Source of the DNA: Candidatus Lustribacter sp.
GTDB lineage: Bacteria > Vulcanimicrobiota > Vulcanimicrobiia > Vulcanimicrobiales > Vulcanimicrobiaceae
Reading direction: 5' to 3'
Length of the DNA: 64,000 bases
Assembly (NCBI GenBank): GCA_965277805.1
Contig: OZ255842.1
Span: 3,872,001-3,936,000, forward strand
Part shown: in pieces, positions 19,624 to 29,987 of the stretch
Layout: every line of letters starts with the position of its first letter
Position numbering within the stretch: the first letter of the stretch is position 1
The notes under the pieces: model-generated
Databases searched by the model: none
Seen by the model: only the letters and a program-made list of their open reading frames with translations
Told to the model about the DNA's origin: nothing
Program-made: the position numbers and the translations under genes

Positions 19624-20271
19624 ATGATCGTCGTTCGGATCGACGAGTCGACGCTCGCGACCGATGGCACTACCCTCTACGCGGATCTCGCGTTTCTGGT
19701 CGAGCGCGGCCAGCAGCCGATCGTCGTCGCGCCGTCGACCGACGCGGCCCGCACGATCGTGAAGACGATAAACCGCACGAGCGATTCGGCCGTCGGCGTG
19801 TCGGGCGCCGACGCCGGCATGTTGCCCGCCGCGGGTGAGGGTTTGGGCGCGGTGCAGACGCGGCTCTTGCACACGCTGCTTTCGGCCGGCTACATCCCGG
19901 TCGTCGAGCCGCTCGCATTCGGAATGTTCGGCGGCGACGTCGAGGTACAAGCCGACGAGGTTGCAAGCGCGGTCGCGCGCTCGATGGCGGCAAAGCGCGC
20001 GCTCTTCTTCCACGAGAACGGCGGCGTGATCGATTCGCTGACGCGCGAGTGCATCGGCGAGCTCACGCCGGCCGAAGCGCTCGCGCTGGCCGAAGATACG
20101 ACGCTGCCGCACGACCTGCGGGCGGCGATGCGTGCCGCGGCGCTCGGCGTGCGCGGCGGCGTCGGCGCCGCCGACATCCTCGACGGGCGCATCGCGCACG
20201 CCTCGATCGTCGAGCTCCTTACCGCCCGCCACGTCGGCACGCGCGTGCTGGGAACGGTCTTCCTCCAGTAA
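19624..20271 (+). CDS. Degenerate acetylglutamate-kinase-like (amino acid kinase fold) protein
   Basis: AVGVSGADAG, GYIPVV, QADEVA..VA, ILDGRIAH resemble ArgB; K-x-GG and HGGG motifs absent. Confidence 0.6.
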   Translation: MIVVRIDESTLATDGTTLYADLAFLVERGQQPIVVAPSTDAARTIVKTINRTSDSAVGVSGADAGMLPAAGEGLGAVQTRLLHTLLSAGYIPVVEPLAFGMFGGDVEVQADEVASAVARSMAAKRALFFHENGGVIDSLTRECIGELTPAEALALAEDTTLPHDLRAAMRAAALGVRGGVGAADILDGRIAHASIVELLTARHVGTRVLGTVFLQ

Positions 20272-20281
20272 CGCTGCGCGG

Positions 20282-20782
20282 TTATTGAGCCGGCTTTAGT
20301 AACCGTTCGACCTCGGCTTGCAGCGGCATGACGATGTCGGCGGCGATCAGCGCGATGTGCGCCGCCGCGGGCGCAACGCTGCTCGCGATGCCGTTTGATG
20401 CACCCGCGCTGAAGCGGTCGATGAATTGCGTGTAGGGTCCGCGGCCGATATGCGCGGTCCATTCGTCGTCGTTGCCGCTCTCGAGCCGCGCCACCGCGAC
20501 CGTCGTCGTCGCATCGGACGCGCTCGCATAGACCCAATGCTGCACGGTGATGTCGCGCTGCGGCCGCGTAGTATGCCGGCGCGGCAACGGGCGGTAGCGC
20601 GGCAGGTTCGCATCTGCCGGAAGTGCGAGCGAAATTTCTAGCCGCGGTACCTGAAAGTAGCGCGTGCCGTCGATCGCGACGATCCACTTCGGAACCTCGC
20701 CGTAGAGCTCGAGCCCGGCGCCGTGCGCGGCCAGCCAGCCGGCGATGTCGTGCGCCGCCGCGACGATCGCTTCGTTTTCCAC
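20282..20782 (-). CDS. Hypothetical protein
   Basis: 166-aa ORF with protein-like composition filling the gap between genes. Confidence 0.6.
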   Translation of the reverse strand: MENEAIVAAAHDIAGWLAAHGAGLELYGEVPKWIVAIDGTRYFQVPRLEISLALPADANLPRYRPLPRRHTTRPQRDITVQHWVYASASDATTTVAVARLESGNDDEWTAHIGRGPYTQFIDRFSAGASNGIASSVAPAAAHIALIAADIVMPLQAEVERLLKPAQ

Positions 20783-20798
20783 CCGGCCAACGTTGGCG

Positions 20799-20993
20799 TT
20801 ATTTGTGCTGCGTCCCCGGCGACTTCACGTCGGGCGGCTTCGGGCCGCCGACCCGCACCGCATCGATGGCCGTCTGCAGTGCAGCGGCCGCATCAAGCAG
20901 GCAACCACACGGCTGGTAGCGGCCAGCCCGACAACCGTTATTGGTGTGTAGCGCCGACGGATGTCCGCAACGGCAGAGGACCATGGAATCCAT
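20799..20993 (-). CDS. Small Cys/His-rich putative metal-binding protein
   Basis: CRCGH-x4-H-x4-C-x7-CGC pattern. Confidence 0.6.
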   Translation of the reverse strand: MDSMVLCRCGHPSALHTNNGCRAGRYQPCGCLLDAAAALQTAIDAVRVGGPKPPDVKSPGTQHK

Positions 20994-21079
20994 AGATACA
21001 CGAGTGATACGTCACGAGCAAGCGTGGGTCTGTACGAAATCGTGCTCTAGATCGTCCGGTTTTTCGGATAGTGCGACGC

Positions 21080-22321
21080 TCAGCGCGGGCAAGGGTCGGC
21101 GGTGTTGCTGATGGCCGCGATGCGCGACCCGAGCGGCGGCCGCGATTCGAAGTACCAGCGGACGGTCCGGCGTCCGCATAACGCGACCAGATCGTCGTCG
21201 GCGCGGCGCACGAAGAGGCGCACGCCGGCCGAGCGGTCCTTGACGATGTTGAGCGCGACCGCGTCGGCGCGCCACTCGCTGGCGCGTTCGAGTGAGTTGA
21301 ACGCGGGATAGAGCAGCAGCACAGCGATGCCGAGGAACGTGCCCACCAGCGGCAGGCGCGCGAGCGGATCGTCGTCGCGGCGAAAGCCGATGCGGTCGCT
21401 GATCAGCACGGCGAGCGCGGCCGCGAAGACGAAGAGCGTCGTGCCCGCGAGCGTGAGCAGCAAGACGTCATGTTCGGCCTGGTGCGCGTACTGTCGCGCC
21501 AATAGAAAGACCCGCTCGCCCGGCGTCATCCCCTGCAGTGCCTGGGCGCCGATGATGATACGCGCGAACGGGCCGAGGCCCGACGTACGCGCGACGAGCG
21601 ACGTCGTGCGCTGCGCGGAGCCGCTGATCATCAGCGGCACGGGCGACGTCCGGAGAGCCTGCGCGACGGCATCGCCCTGCGCGACCAGGGCCGCCGGCGC
21701 GGGCCGGTCGTTCGAGGTCAACGGGGAGAAGAGCACGGGCTCGATGGCAACCACGGTCAGTGCCGCAACGTAGAGGATGCCGATGAAGATCAGATACCAG
21801 AGGCGCGTGCTATCGACGAGCGCCAGAATAAGCGCCACGACGATCGCCGTTGCGAGCGAGACGGTCGCGAGCCGCAACAGCTCGGCGAGAAACCAGTTCG
21901 GGATCGTCTGCACCGTAAGACCCACGCTGTGCGCGACGCGGTACGAGGCGAACGCGAACGGCAGCGCCGCGATCGTTGCCAGCGCCCCGAGCGCGGCGCC
22001 GAACCCGCCGCGGTAGAGCCACCGCGCGCGCATGCGCCGGCGCAGCGTATCGCGCAACCGGGCGGAATTTCCCGACTGCCACAGCCACCAAAACGCCACG
22101 ATCGGCGCGAGCGCCCAACCGCCGAAGAGCAAGTCCTGATAGTCGGCGATCGCGCGGGCGCGGCGCTGGCGGAACGGGTCGACGAGCGACGGTGCGCTCG
22201 CGTGCATCAGGACCGCCGCCGGGATCGACGTTACGTGCCGGTCCTCGCTCGTCTGCGCCCGCACCGTTACCGGCGCCATCAGCACCAGCAAGAGCGCGAT
22301 GAGCGCTAACTTAAATCGCAG
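21080..22321 (-). CDS. M48 (Ste24/HtpX-like) membrane protease homolog, probably inactive
   Basis: Multiple TM helices, IEPVLF, RIIIG, EWRAD, PPLGSRI; HExxH position reads RQYAH. Start uncertain (CTG 22321). Confidence 0.7.
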   Translation of the reverse strand: MRFKLALIALLLVLMAPVTVRAQTSEDRHVTSIPAAVLMHASAPSLVDPFRQRRARAIADYQDLLFGGWALAPIVAFWWLWQSGNSARLRDTLRRRMRARWLYRGGFGAALGALATIAALPFAFASYRVAHSVGLTVQTIPNWFLAELLRLATVSLATAIVVALILALVDSTRLWYLIFIGILYVAALTVVAIEPVLFSPLTSNDRPAPAALVAQGDAVAQALRTSPVPLMISGSAQRTTSLVARTSGLGPFARIIIGAQALQGMTPGERVFLLARQYAHQAEHDVLLLTLAGTTLFVFAAALAVLISDRIGFRRDDDPLARLPLVGTFLGIAVLLLYPAFNSLERASEWRADAVALNIVKDRSAGVRLFVRRADDDLVALCGRRTVRWYFESRPPLGSRIAAISNTADPCPR

Positions 22322-23162
22322 CGGCGTATGCGTCGGGAAACGTAGCGGCGTGCTCCTGGGGGAACCGCTTGCGGTATTGCTCCCAGCCGGTAAAGTTGCC
22401 TGATTGCGCGTGCGCATCGGGTGCCGGCGTCGCAACGTGTTCGAACGGGCTCCAATGACCGTTGGCGCCACCTTCGAGCAGCTTCTCGTACAGATCCAAA
22501 TCGCGCTCGACATCGCGCTTGCCGTCGTGAGTGAGGTAGGAGACGCGCGCGCAGCGGGCCACGCTCAGCTTGCACAGTTGTTCTTGGGGCAGCGTGCGTT
22601 CGTCGTCTTGGATCAACGGCAGGTGCCAGCTGCCGAGCGCAACCGGCGCCGGCGTGCTGGCGAGAAACTGCGCGAGCATCATCTCCGCGATGTGCTTGAT
22701 TTCCGGCTGCGCGTCGGGATGGCAGCGCTGGGTGAAGAAATTCGCCCAGTCGGTGGCGGTGATGATCACCGTGATCCAGGCGAACGGCTCGAGCAGCCGG
22801 TTCACCAGCTGCTTGTGCAAGTCGATGTCTTTCTCGGCCAGCCGTTCGGCGTGCTTGAGAGCGTCTTCGAGTGCCGACTGCCACTCGGCGCGCGCCAGCG
22901 CTTCCACGCCGGGGCTGACGGCTTCGCGCGCACTCATGCCGGTCTGGTTGCGGCCCCAGTAAACCGGCAGCGCGGGCTCCTCACGCACCGCGGCGATCAT
23001 CTTCTTGATCGGGATCGCGCGCGAACTCGCGGCGTTGCGCGAGAACACGCGGTGCGTCATCATTTCACTGTGGATGAAACGCGGATAGCGCACCTCGAGG
23101 GTCGTGAGGCGCGCTCCCGACGGGGACCGGCTGTCGAGCAGAACCCGGGCTGAAAACGCCAT
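22311..23162 (-). CDS. thyX: FAD-dependent thymidylate synthase
   Basis: EMMTHRVFSRNAASSR, HKQLVNRLLEP, ARCARVSY, HWSPFEH. Confidence 0.88.
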   Translation of the reverse strand: MAFSARVLLDSRSPSGARLTTLEVRYPRFIHSEMMTHRVFSRNAASSRAIPIKKMIAAVREEPALPVYWGRNQTGMSAREAVSPGVEALARAEWQSALEDALKHAERLAEKDIDLHKQLVNRLLEPFAWITVIITATDWANFFTQRCHPDAQPEIKHIAEMMLAQFLASTPAPVALGSWHLPLIQDDERTLPQEQLCKLSVARCARVSYLTHDGKRDVERDLDLYEKLLEGGANGHWSPFEHVATPAPDAHAQSGNFTGWEQYRKRFPQEHAATFPDAYAAAI

Positions 23163-23192
23163 TCCGGGCGCCTTCGGCGGAGCGCGAACGCG

Positions 23193-23840
23193 CTACTTCT
23201 GGGCGACGAGTTGCGGGTAAGTTTTCTTCAGGTCGACGAGTTTCGGCGCATCGTTCATCACGATGTACGGATCGTCCGGATGCAGCTGCGCGTAGTGACG
23301 GTGGTAGGTTTCGGCGGGATAGAACGCCTTGAACGTTTCGAGCTTCGTCACGATCGGCGACTTGAACCGGTGCTCGGCCGTGAGGCGTGCGATCATCGCC
23401 TGCGCGACCTCACGCTGCTCGGGATTTGCCACGAAGATCGCCGAGCGATATTGCGTGCCTTCGTCGGGGCCTTGATAGTTGAGTTCGGTCGGATCGTGCG
23501 AGACGGTGAAGAACACGTTGAGGATCTGCTCGAGCGAGATCTGCGCCGGATCGTAGGTGACGCGCACCGACTCCGCGTGGCCGGTCGTGCCCGTGCTGGT
23601 CAGCTCGTAGTGCGCCGTCGCCGCCGAGCCGCCCGAGTAGCCGGGCATCGCTTCTTTGACGCCCTTGAGGCTGCCGAAGACCAGCTCCTGGCCCCAGAAA
23701 CAGCCGCCGGCGAGCACGATTTGCTGTAGCGGAGCCGCGGCCGCCGGCCGGGGCAAGCCGCCCGCCAGCGTCAGCTGCGCAACCAGCGCAACGAATCCCA
23801 ATGCGAGTCCCAAGCCAAACCGTCTGCGTGAAGTCGTCAT
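23193..23840 (-). CDS. msrA: Peptide-methionine (S)-S-oxide reductase with Tat-like signal
   Basis: AGGCFWG, GHAESV, GTQYRSAIF, AETYH; SRRRF plus hydrophobic N-terminus. Confidence 0.93.
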   Translation of the reverse strand: MTTSRRRFGLGLALGFVALVAQLTLAGGLPRPAAAAPLQQIVLAGGCFWGQELVFGSLKGVKEAMPGYSGGSAATAHYELTSTGTTGHAESVRVTYDPAQISLEQILNVFFTVSHDPTELNYQGPDEGTQYRSAIFVANPEQREVAQAMIARLTAEHRFKSPIVTKLETFKAFYPAETYHRHYAQLHPDDPYIVMNDAPKLVDLKKTYPQLVAQK

Positions 23841-23852
23841 GATGCAGCTATA

Positions 23853-25115
23853 TTACGACGCGGGAGACGGTTTAGATGCAAGGGGGCTTACGTCAGGTCC
23901 GACCTCGACCGGCGAATCGACGCGAGCGAGCGACGGGAAGATGCGCCAGCACGCGATCGCGACCAGGATCGTGCCCACGCCGCCCATGACGCAGGCTGCG
24001 ATCGGCCCGAACAGCGCCGCGGTCACGCCGGACTCGAACTCGCCCAGCTGGTTCGAGGTGCCGATGAACAGCGCGTTGACGGCGTTCACGCGGCCGCGCA
24101 TGACGTCTGGGGTGAGGATTGCAACGAGCGTCGAGCGGATCACGACGCTGAGCACGTCGGATGAGCCGAGCACGACTAGCGCGCAAAACGACAGCACGAT
24201 CCAGTGCGAGAGCCCGAACACGACGGTGGCGATGCCGAACATCATCACGGCACCGAACATCACCCGCCCGGCATGGCGGCGAATCGGATAACGCCCGATG
24301 AAGAGCGACACCGTGAGCGCGCCGACCGCGGGCGCCGTGCGCAACAAGCCGAGTCCCCAGGGGCCGGTCATCAGGATATCGCGCGCGTAGATCGGTAAGA
24401 GCGCCGTCGCCCCGCCCAGCAGCACGGCGAAGAGGTCGAGCGAAATCGAGCCCAGCACGAGCGGCGAGCGGCGGATGAAGGCAAGGCCGGCGAACACCGA
24501 CTCGCGAGTCGGCGGTCCGGACGTCGTCACGGACTTGCCGCGCGTGCGCATCAGCGTCATCATCAGCGCCGCGGTGAGATACATGACGCCCGCGATGCCG
24601 TACGGAATCGCCGGATGCCACGCGTAGAGCAGGCCCGCGATCGCGGGGCCCGTGATCGTCGAGACTTGCTGCGCGGTCGATACGCGCGCTGACGCGGCCG
24701 GCAGAATCTCCGCCGGCACCACGTTGGGCAGCAGCGCGAACTGCGCCGGGCTCTCGAACGCGCGGCCGAGCCCGAGCACCGACACCATCGCGTAGATGAG
24801 CGCCGGCTGCGCCGCGTGCCGCAGCGTCGCGACGCACAGCACGATGACCGCTACCGCTTCGACCAGCTCGCAGATGCGCGCGATGTGGCGGCGGTCGAAG
24901 CGATCGGCGACGTGGCCGACCACAAACACCAGCAGCAACAGCGGCAGAAATGCGGCCAGCCCGACGAACCCGAGGGCCAGCGCGCTGTGGGTGACGTCGT
25001 ACATCTGCCAGCCGACCGCGACGCCGATCATCTGCGACGACAGCGACGTGCACATGCGCGTACAGCAGTAGTAAACGAACGACGGGTAGCGGAGCGGTTC
25101 GGCGGGTTCGATCAG
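23853..25115 (-). CDS. MFS transporter
   Basis: GHVADRFDRR motif A, many TM helices; frame open to CTG 25115 overlapping the glmU stop (first ATG 25055). Confidence 0.88.
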   Translation of the reverse strand: MIEPAEPLRYPSFVYYCCTRMCTSLSSQMIGVAVGWQMYDVTHSALALGFVGLAAFLPLLLLVFVVGHVADRFDRRHIARICELVEAVAVIVLCVATLRHAAQPALIYAMVSVLGLGRAFESPAQFALLPNVVPAEILPAASARVSTAQQVSTITGPAIAGLLYAWHPAIPYGIAGVMYLTAALMMTLMRTRGKSVTTSGPPTRESVFAGLAFIRRSPLVLGSISLDLFAVLLGGATALLPIYARDILMTGPWGLGLLRTAPAVGALTVSLFIGRYPIRRHAGRVMFGAVMMFGIATVVFGLSHWIVLSFCALVVLGSSDVLSVVIRSTLVAILTPDVMRGRVNAVNALFIGTSNQLGEFESGVTAALFGPIAACVMGGVGTILVAIACWRIFPSLARVDSPVEVGPDVSPLASKPSPAS

Positions 25116-26473
25116 GTCGATGGGGCCTTCTTCTTCGCGCCGATCGAGCGCGCGGGATTGCCGACGACGCGGTCGCCCGCCGGCACGTCGCGGATCACGA
25201 CCGTACCGGCGCCGGTAACGGCGCCGTCGCCGAGCGTCACCGGCGCGACGAGCGAGCTGTTGGAGCCGATGAACGCGTTGCGGCCGATCGTCGTCGGATG
25301 CTTGTTGACGCCGTCGTAGTTGCAGGTGATCGTGCCCGCACCGATGTTGGCGTTCTCGCCCACCGTCGCATCGCCGAGATAGGCCAGGTGGTTGGCTTTC
25401 GCACCCGCCGCCATGCGCGTGTTCTTCAACTCGACGTAGTCGCCGATCGCGACGTCGGCGCCGACGGTGTTCCCTTGACGCAGATGGGCAAACGGGCCGA
25501 TCGTCGTCCGCGCCCCGACCAAGGTGTCGAGTACGACGCTTTCGGTGATGCGCACGTCGTCGTCCAGCCGCACGTTGTACAGGCGCGAATTGGGGCCGAC
25601 ATGCGTGCGCTCGCCGAGCACGGAGTTGCCGCCGATCGACGTGTTGGGCTCGATGATCGTATCGTTGCCGATGAAGATGCCGGGCTCGAGGTAAGTGGTC
25701 GCGGGATCGACGATCGTGACACCGTTGCGCATGTGGGCGTGACAGAGCCGTTCGTTCATCGTGCGGCGCGCGATCGAGAGCTCGACCCGGTCGTTCACGC
25801 CGAGGACGAGCCGGTAGTCGACGGCCTGCACGGGCACGCAGCGAAAACTCGCGCCGGCCAAGAGGCCGACCGTATCGGTGAGGTAGAGTTCGCCTTGGGC
25901 GTTCTGGTCGTCCAGCTTGCCGATGACGCCGCGCAGCGCTCGTTCGTCGAAGGCATAGATGCCGGCGTTCATCTCGTCGATTTCGCGCTCGGCCGTGGTG
26001 GCATCGCGAAACTCAACGATCTTCTCGATCGTCGAGCCTTTGCGCACGACGCGGCCAAAGCTCGACGGCAGCGGCATGCGCGCGGTGACGAGCCCGAGCG
26101 CCGTGCCGGCATCCGCATCGACGGCGGCCTGCACGTCCTCGAAGATCGTTGCGTCGACGAGCGGCATGTCGCCGTACGCGACGACCACCGTCTCGTTGCG
26201 CGGCTCGAGCGCATCGAGCGCCACCTGCACCGCGTGCCCGGTGCCGCGCTGCGGCGTTTGCACCACGCACGTCACGCCGAACTCGCCCAGCTGCGGCTTG
26301 AGTTCCTCGTTGGCGACGACGACGATCTGATCGATCCCCGTGGCCCGGAGCGCTTCGAGCACGTACCACAGCATCGGCCGCCCGCACAGGTCGTGCAGTA
26401 CCTTCGGCTGCTTCGACTTCATACGCGTGCCCTTGCCCGCGGCCAAAACGATCGCGCGGCTCACTTGCGCCAC
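25112..26473 (-). CDS. glmU: Bifunctional UDP-GlcNAc pyrophosphorylase / glucosamine-1-phosphate acetyltransferase
   Basis: LAAGKGTRMKS..PKVLH, GTGHAV, hexapeptide repeats, ITCNYDG. Confidence 0.97.
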   Translation of the reverse strand: MAQVSRAIVLAAGKGTRMKSKQPKVLHDLCGRPMLWYVLEALRATGIDQIVVVANEELKPQLGEFGVTCVVQTPQRGTGHAVQVALDALEPRNETVVVAYGDMPLVDATIFEDVQAAVDADAGTALGLVTARMPLPSSFGRVVRKGSTIEKIVEFRDATTAEREIDEMNAGIYAFDERALRGVIGKLDDQNAQGELYLTDTVGLLAGASFRCVPVQAVDYRLVLGVNDRVELSIARRTMNERLCHAHMRNGVTIVDPATTYLEPGIFIGNDTIIEPNTSIGGNSVLGERTHVGPNSRLYNVRLDDDVRITESVVLDTLVGARTTIGPFAHLRQGNTVGADVAIGDYVELKNTRMAAGAKANHLAYLGDATVGENANIGAGTITCNYDGVNKHPTTIGRNAFIGSNSSLVAPVTLGDGAVTGAGTVVIRDVPAGDRVVGNPARSIGAKKKAPST

Positions 26474-27933
26474 TCCTTCTGTTCGTTCGCGCTCGGTGTG
26501 CCGAGCGTATTGAGCGCGCCGCGCAAGCGTTCGCGGCAGATGTCGCGGCCCAGCAATTCGGCCGCGTCGAAGAGCGGCACCGACGTCGGGCTGCCGGTCA
26601 GGACGACGTAGAACAGGCGCGCGATGTCGCGCAGTTTGCGTTCCAGCTTTTCGGCCACGCCTTTGAGCACGGTCTCGACGGTCGTCTTATCGAACTTCGG
26701 CGCGGCATCGAACTCCCACATCGCGAGCGCGAGCGCGCGGCGCGCGCCGTCGCGATCGAGCTTCTGCCCCTCGAGAATTTGGGCTTCGGTCAGGTTCAGG
26801 CGACCGGCGAAGAAGAATGCCAGCAGCGGCCCGAGGTCGCTCAAGCGTTCGACACGCGACTGCGCGAGCGCCGCCATCGTTGCGAACCGCCGGCGATCGC
26901 CGCCCCACTCCAACACGCGGTCGGCAAATGCGTCCGGCGGCAGTTCGCGCAAGCGTTTGCCGTTCAGCCAATCGAGCTTCGCGAAGTCGAACACCGGGCC
27001 GCCGAGCGAGAGATGCTCGATCTCGAACCGCGCGATCAGCTCGTCGAGCGTCATCACTTCTTCCCCCTCGGCCGACGAGACCATGAGCAGCCCGAGAAAG
27101 TTGAGCAGCGCTTCCGGCAGATAGCCCATCGCCTTGAAGAACAGGATGCTGGTCGGGTTCTTGCGTTTGCTGAGCTTGCTCTTGTCGGGATTGCGCAGCA
27201 GCGGCACGTGCAAGAACGCCGGCACTTCCCAGCCGAAGTATTCGTACAGCAGCAGATGTTTGGGAGCCGAGGAAACCCACTCTTCGCCGCGGATGACGTG
27301 CGTGATTTCCATGAGGTGATCGTCGACGACGTTGGCGAGATGGTAGGTCGGCAGACCGTCCGACTTCATCAGGACCTGCATGTCGACCGTGTTCCACTCG
27401 ATCTCGATCTTGCCGCGGCGCAGATCCTCGATCACGGCCGTGCCGTGATCCGGCACCTTCATACGCACCACGTACGGTTCGGTCTGCGCTCGCGCGGCCG
27501 ACTCGGCTTCCGGCACGCGTAGACAGTACCCGTCGTAGCGCGGCGGTAACTTCGCCATCCGCTGCGCTTCGCGCATCTCCTCGAGCCGTTCGGGCGTGCA
27601 GAAACACCGGAAGGCGTGGCCCTCGGCGAGCAGTTGATCGGCGTACTTACGATAGATCGCGCTGCGTTCGCTCTGGCGGTAGGGGCCGTGCGGGCCGCCG
27701 ACATCCGGACCTTCATCCCACGAGAGTCCCAGCCAGCGCAGCGAATCGAGAATCGCCCGCTCCGACTCGTGCGTGCTGCGGACCTGATCGGTGTCCTCGA
27801 TGCGCAGCAAGAACCGGCCGCCGTGTTTTTTCGCGAAGCAGTAGTTGATCAATGCGACATAGGCCGTGCCCACGTGAGGATCGCCGGTCGGCGAGGGTGC
27901 GATGCGCGTGCGCACCGGACGATGTTCAGCCAA
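26461..27933 (-). CDS. gltX: Glutamate--tRNA ligase
   Basis: [37 protein letters not shown] start after GAAGGGA. Confidence 0.96.
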   Translation of the reverse strand: MAEHRPVRTRIAPSPTGDPHVGTAYVALINYCFAKKHGGRFLLRIEDTDQVRSTHESERAILDSLRWLGLSWDEGPDVGGPHGPYRQSERSAIYRKYADQLLAEGHAFRCFCTPERLEEMREAQRMAKLPPRYDGYCLRVPEAESAARAQTEPYVVRMKVPDHGTAVIEDLRRGKIEIEWNTVDMQVLMKSDGLPTYHLANVVDDHLMEITHVIRGEEWVSSAPKHLLLYEYFGWEVPAFLHVPLLRNPDKSKLSKRKNPTSILFFKAMGYLPEALLNFLGLLMVSSAEGEEVMTLDELIARFEIEHLSLGGPVFDFAKLDWLNGKRLRELPPDAFADRVLEWGGDRRRFATMAALAQSRVERLSDLGPLLAFFFAGRLNLTEAQILEGQKLDRDGARRALALAMWEFDAAPKFDKTTVETVLKGVAEKLERKLRDIARLFYVVLTGSPTSVPLFDAAELLGRDICRERLRGALNTLGTPSANEQKEWRK

Positions 27934-28357
27934 CGCGTTCCCTTCGTTTGCCGCATTCGCGTTGGACGAACGTGACAATGTCGGCGAGCGGCGCGCCGGG
28001 TGTGAAAATTTCGCGCACGCCGAGCCGCTTCAACTCGGCGGCGTCGTCGGCCGGGATCGTTCCGCCACCGAAAAACACGATGTCGCCCGCACCCTGGGCC
28101 TCGAGCTGCTCGACGACCAGCGGAAAGAGCGTCATGTGGGCGCCGGAGAGGATCGAGAGGCCGATCCCATCGGCATCTTCTTGAATCGCGGTGCGCACGA
28201 TCTGTTCCGGCGTCTGGAAGAGGCCGGTGTAGATCACTTCCATACCGGCATCGCGCAACGCGCGCGCGATCACCTTCGCACCCCGGTCGTGACCGTCCAG
28301 ACCCGCTTTCGCAACGATGACGCGGAACGGCCGCTGCGCCTCGTCTGACACGCTCAT
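27926..28357 (-). CDS. Cobalamin-binding small subunit of acyl-CoA mutase (IcmB-like)
   Basis: [11 protein letters not shown] (DxHxxG), SILSGAH, GGGTIP. Confidence 0.92.
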   Translation of the reverse strand: MSVSDEAQRPFRVIVAKAGLDGHDRGAKVIARALRDAGMEVIYTGLFQTPEQIVRTAIQEDADGIGLSILSGAHMTLFPLVVEQLEAQGAGDIVFFGGGTIPADDAAELKRLGVREIFTPGAPLADIVTFVQRECGKRRERVG

Positions 28358-28393
28358 GGAAAGCATCTTACCGAGCAGCGCGGCCACGGCCCT

Positions 28394-29986
28394 CTAATAC
28401 GTCGCGCGCTCGATGTAGCGGCCGAACACCTCGGCCATCGCATCGACGATCTCGCCTTCGGTCGCGAGCACCCGGCAGGCCTCGACCAGCGCCGGCATCA
28501 CGTTCTGCTCCGAGCGGCAGATGCGCTTGAGTTCCGCCAGCGCCGCTACGACCGCGTCACTGTCGCGTGATGCGCGCACGGCCTGCACGTCGCGCGCTTG
28601 CCCGAGCTCGATCTCGCGGCCGATCTTGAGCAGGTGCAGGTCGTCCTGCGACTCCTCGCGTTCGAACGCGTTGACGCCGACCACGATGCGGTCTTTGGTT
28701 TCGAGCGAACGCTGATAGCGATACGACGCGTCGGCGATCTCACGCTGAAAGAATCCGGCCTCGATCGCTTCGATCACGCCGCCGAACTCTGCGATCTGGC
28801 GGAAGTAGTCGAGCGCCTGACGTTCCATTTCGCTGGTCAGCGCTTCGACGTAATACGAGCCGCCGAGCGGATCGGCGACGTTGACCACGTTCGTCTCGTA
28901 CGCCAGCACCTGTTGCGTGCGCAGCGCGATCTCGACGGATTTTTCGGTGGGCAGTGCCAGCACTTCGTCCATCGAGTTGGTGTGCAAGGATTGCGTTCCG
29001 CCGAGCACGGCCGAGAGCGCTTCGTAGGCCACCCGCACGATGTTGTTCTCGGGCTGTTGCGCGGTCGCGCTGCAGCCTGCGGTTTGGGTGTGAAAGCGCA
29101 ACGTCCACGACCGCGGGTCTTTCGCGCCGTAAACGTCGCGCATGCGGCGCGCATAGATGCGCCGGGCTGCGCGGAACTTGCAGATCTCTTCGAAGAAGTC
29201 GATGTGCGCGTTGAAGAAAAACGACAGGCGCGGCGCGAAGGCATCGACGTCCATGCCGGCGGCGATCGCCGCTTCGACGTACGCGAACCCGTCGGCCAGC
29301 GTGAACGCGAGTTCCTGAACGGCCGTCGAGCCGGCCTCGCGAATGTGGTAGCCCGAGATCGAGATCGTGTTCCACTTGGGCATCTCGGCCGTGCAGAACT
29401 TCATCATGTCGACGATGATCCGCACGTGCGGCCGCGGCGGAAAGATCCATTCTTTTTGCGCGATGTATTCTTTGAGGATATCGGCTTGCAAGGTGCCGCC
29501 GAGCGCCGCGCGCGGTACGCCGGCATTCTCGGCCGCGACGATGTACTGCGCGAGCACGATCGCGGCCGGACCGTTGATCGTCATCGACGTGGTGACGGCG
29601 CCCATGTCGATGCCGGCAAAGAGCATTTCCATGTCGCGCACGGAGTCGATCGCGACGCCGCACTTGCCGACCTCGCCGAGCGAATGCGGGTTGTCGGAGT
29701 CATAGCCCATCAGCGTCGGCATGTCAAAGGCCACCGAGAGCCCGGTCTGACCTTGCGAGAGCAAGAAGTGGTAGCGCTCGTTCGTTTGGCGAGCGTTGCC
29801 GAAGCCGGCGAACTGCCGCATCGTCCAGAGGCGATCGCGATACATGTGCGGATGAATGCCGCGCGTGTAGGGGAACGCGCCGGGGTCGGCGATGTCGCGT
29901 GCAACGTCGATGCCCGCCACATCGGCCGGTCCGTAGACCGGCTTCAACGGCAGATCGGAGATGGTGCGATCGATCGCCTTGCCCAC
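28394..29986 (-). CDS. Acyl-CoA mutase large subunit, isobutyryl-CoA mutase type (IcmA-like)
   Basis: [35 protein letters not shown]; no fused B12 domain. Confidence 0.9.
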   Translation of the reverse strand: MGKAIDRTISDLPLKPVYGPADVAGIDVARDIADPGAFPYTRGIHPHMYRDRLWTMRQFAGFGNARQTNERYHFLLSQGQTGLSVAFDMPTLMGYDSDNPHSLGEVGKCGVAIDSVRDMEMLFAGIDMGAVTTSMTINGPAAIVLAQYIVAAENAGVPRAALGGTLQADILKEYIAQKEWIFPPRPHVRIIVDMMKFCTAEMPKWNTISISGYHIREAGSTAVQELAFTLADGFAYVEAAIAAGMDVDAFAPRLSFFFNAHIDFFEEICKFRAARRIYARRMRDVYGAKDPRSWTLRFHTQTAGCSATAQQPENNIVRVAYEALSAVLGGTQSLHTNSMDEVLALPTEKSVEIALRTQQVLAYETNVVNVADPLGGSYYVEALTSEMERQALDYFRQIAEFGGVIEAIEAGFFQREIADASYRYQRSLETKDRIVVGVNAFEREESQDDLHLLKIGREIELGQARDVQAVRASRDSDAVVAALAELKRICRSEQNVMPALVEACRVLATEGEIVDAMAEVFGRYIERATY

Positions 29987-29987
29987 G

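Noticed and set aside
19621-19626. In-frame TAG junctions pth to kinase-like gene and aminotransferase to AKR (57311-57314) as evidence of TAG recoding
   Set aside because: Downstream genes have canonical starts and many genes end at TAG at their expected length
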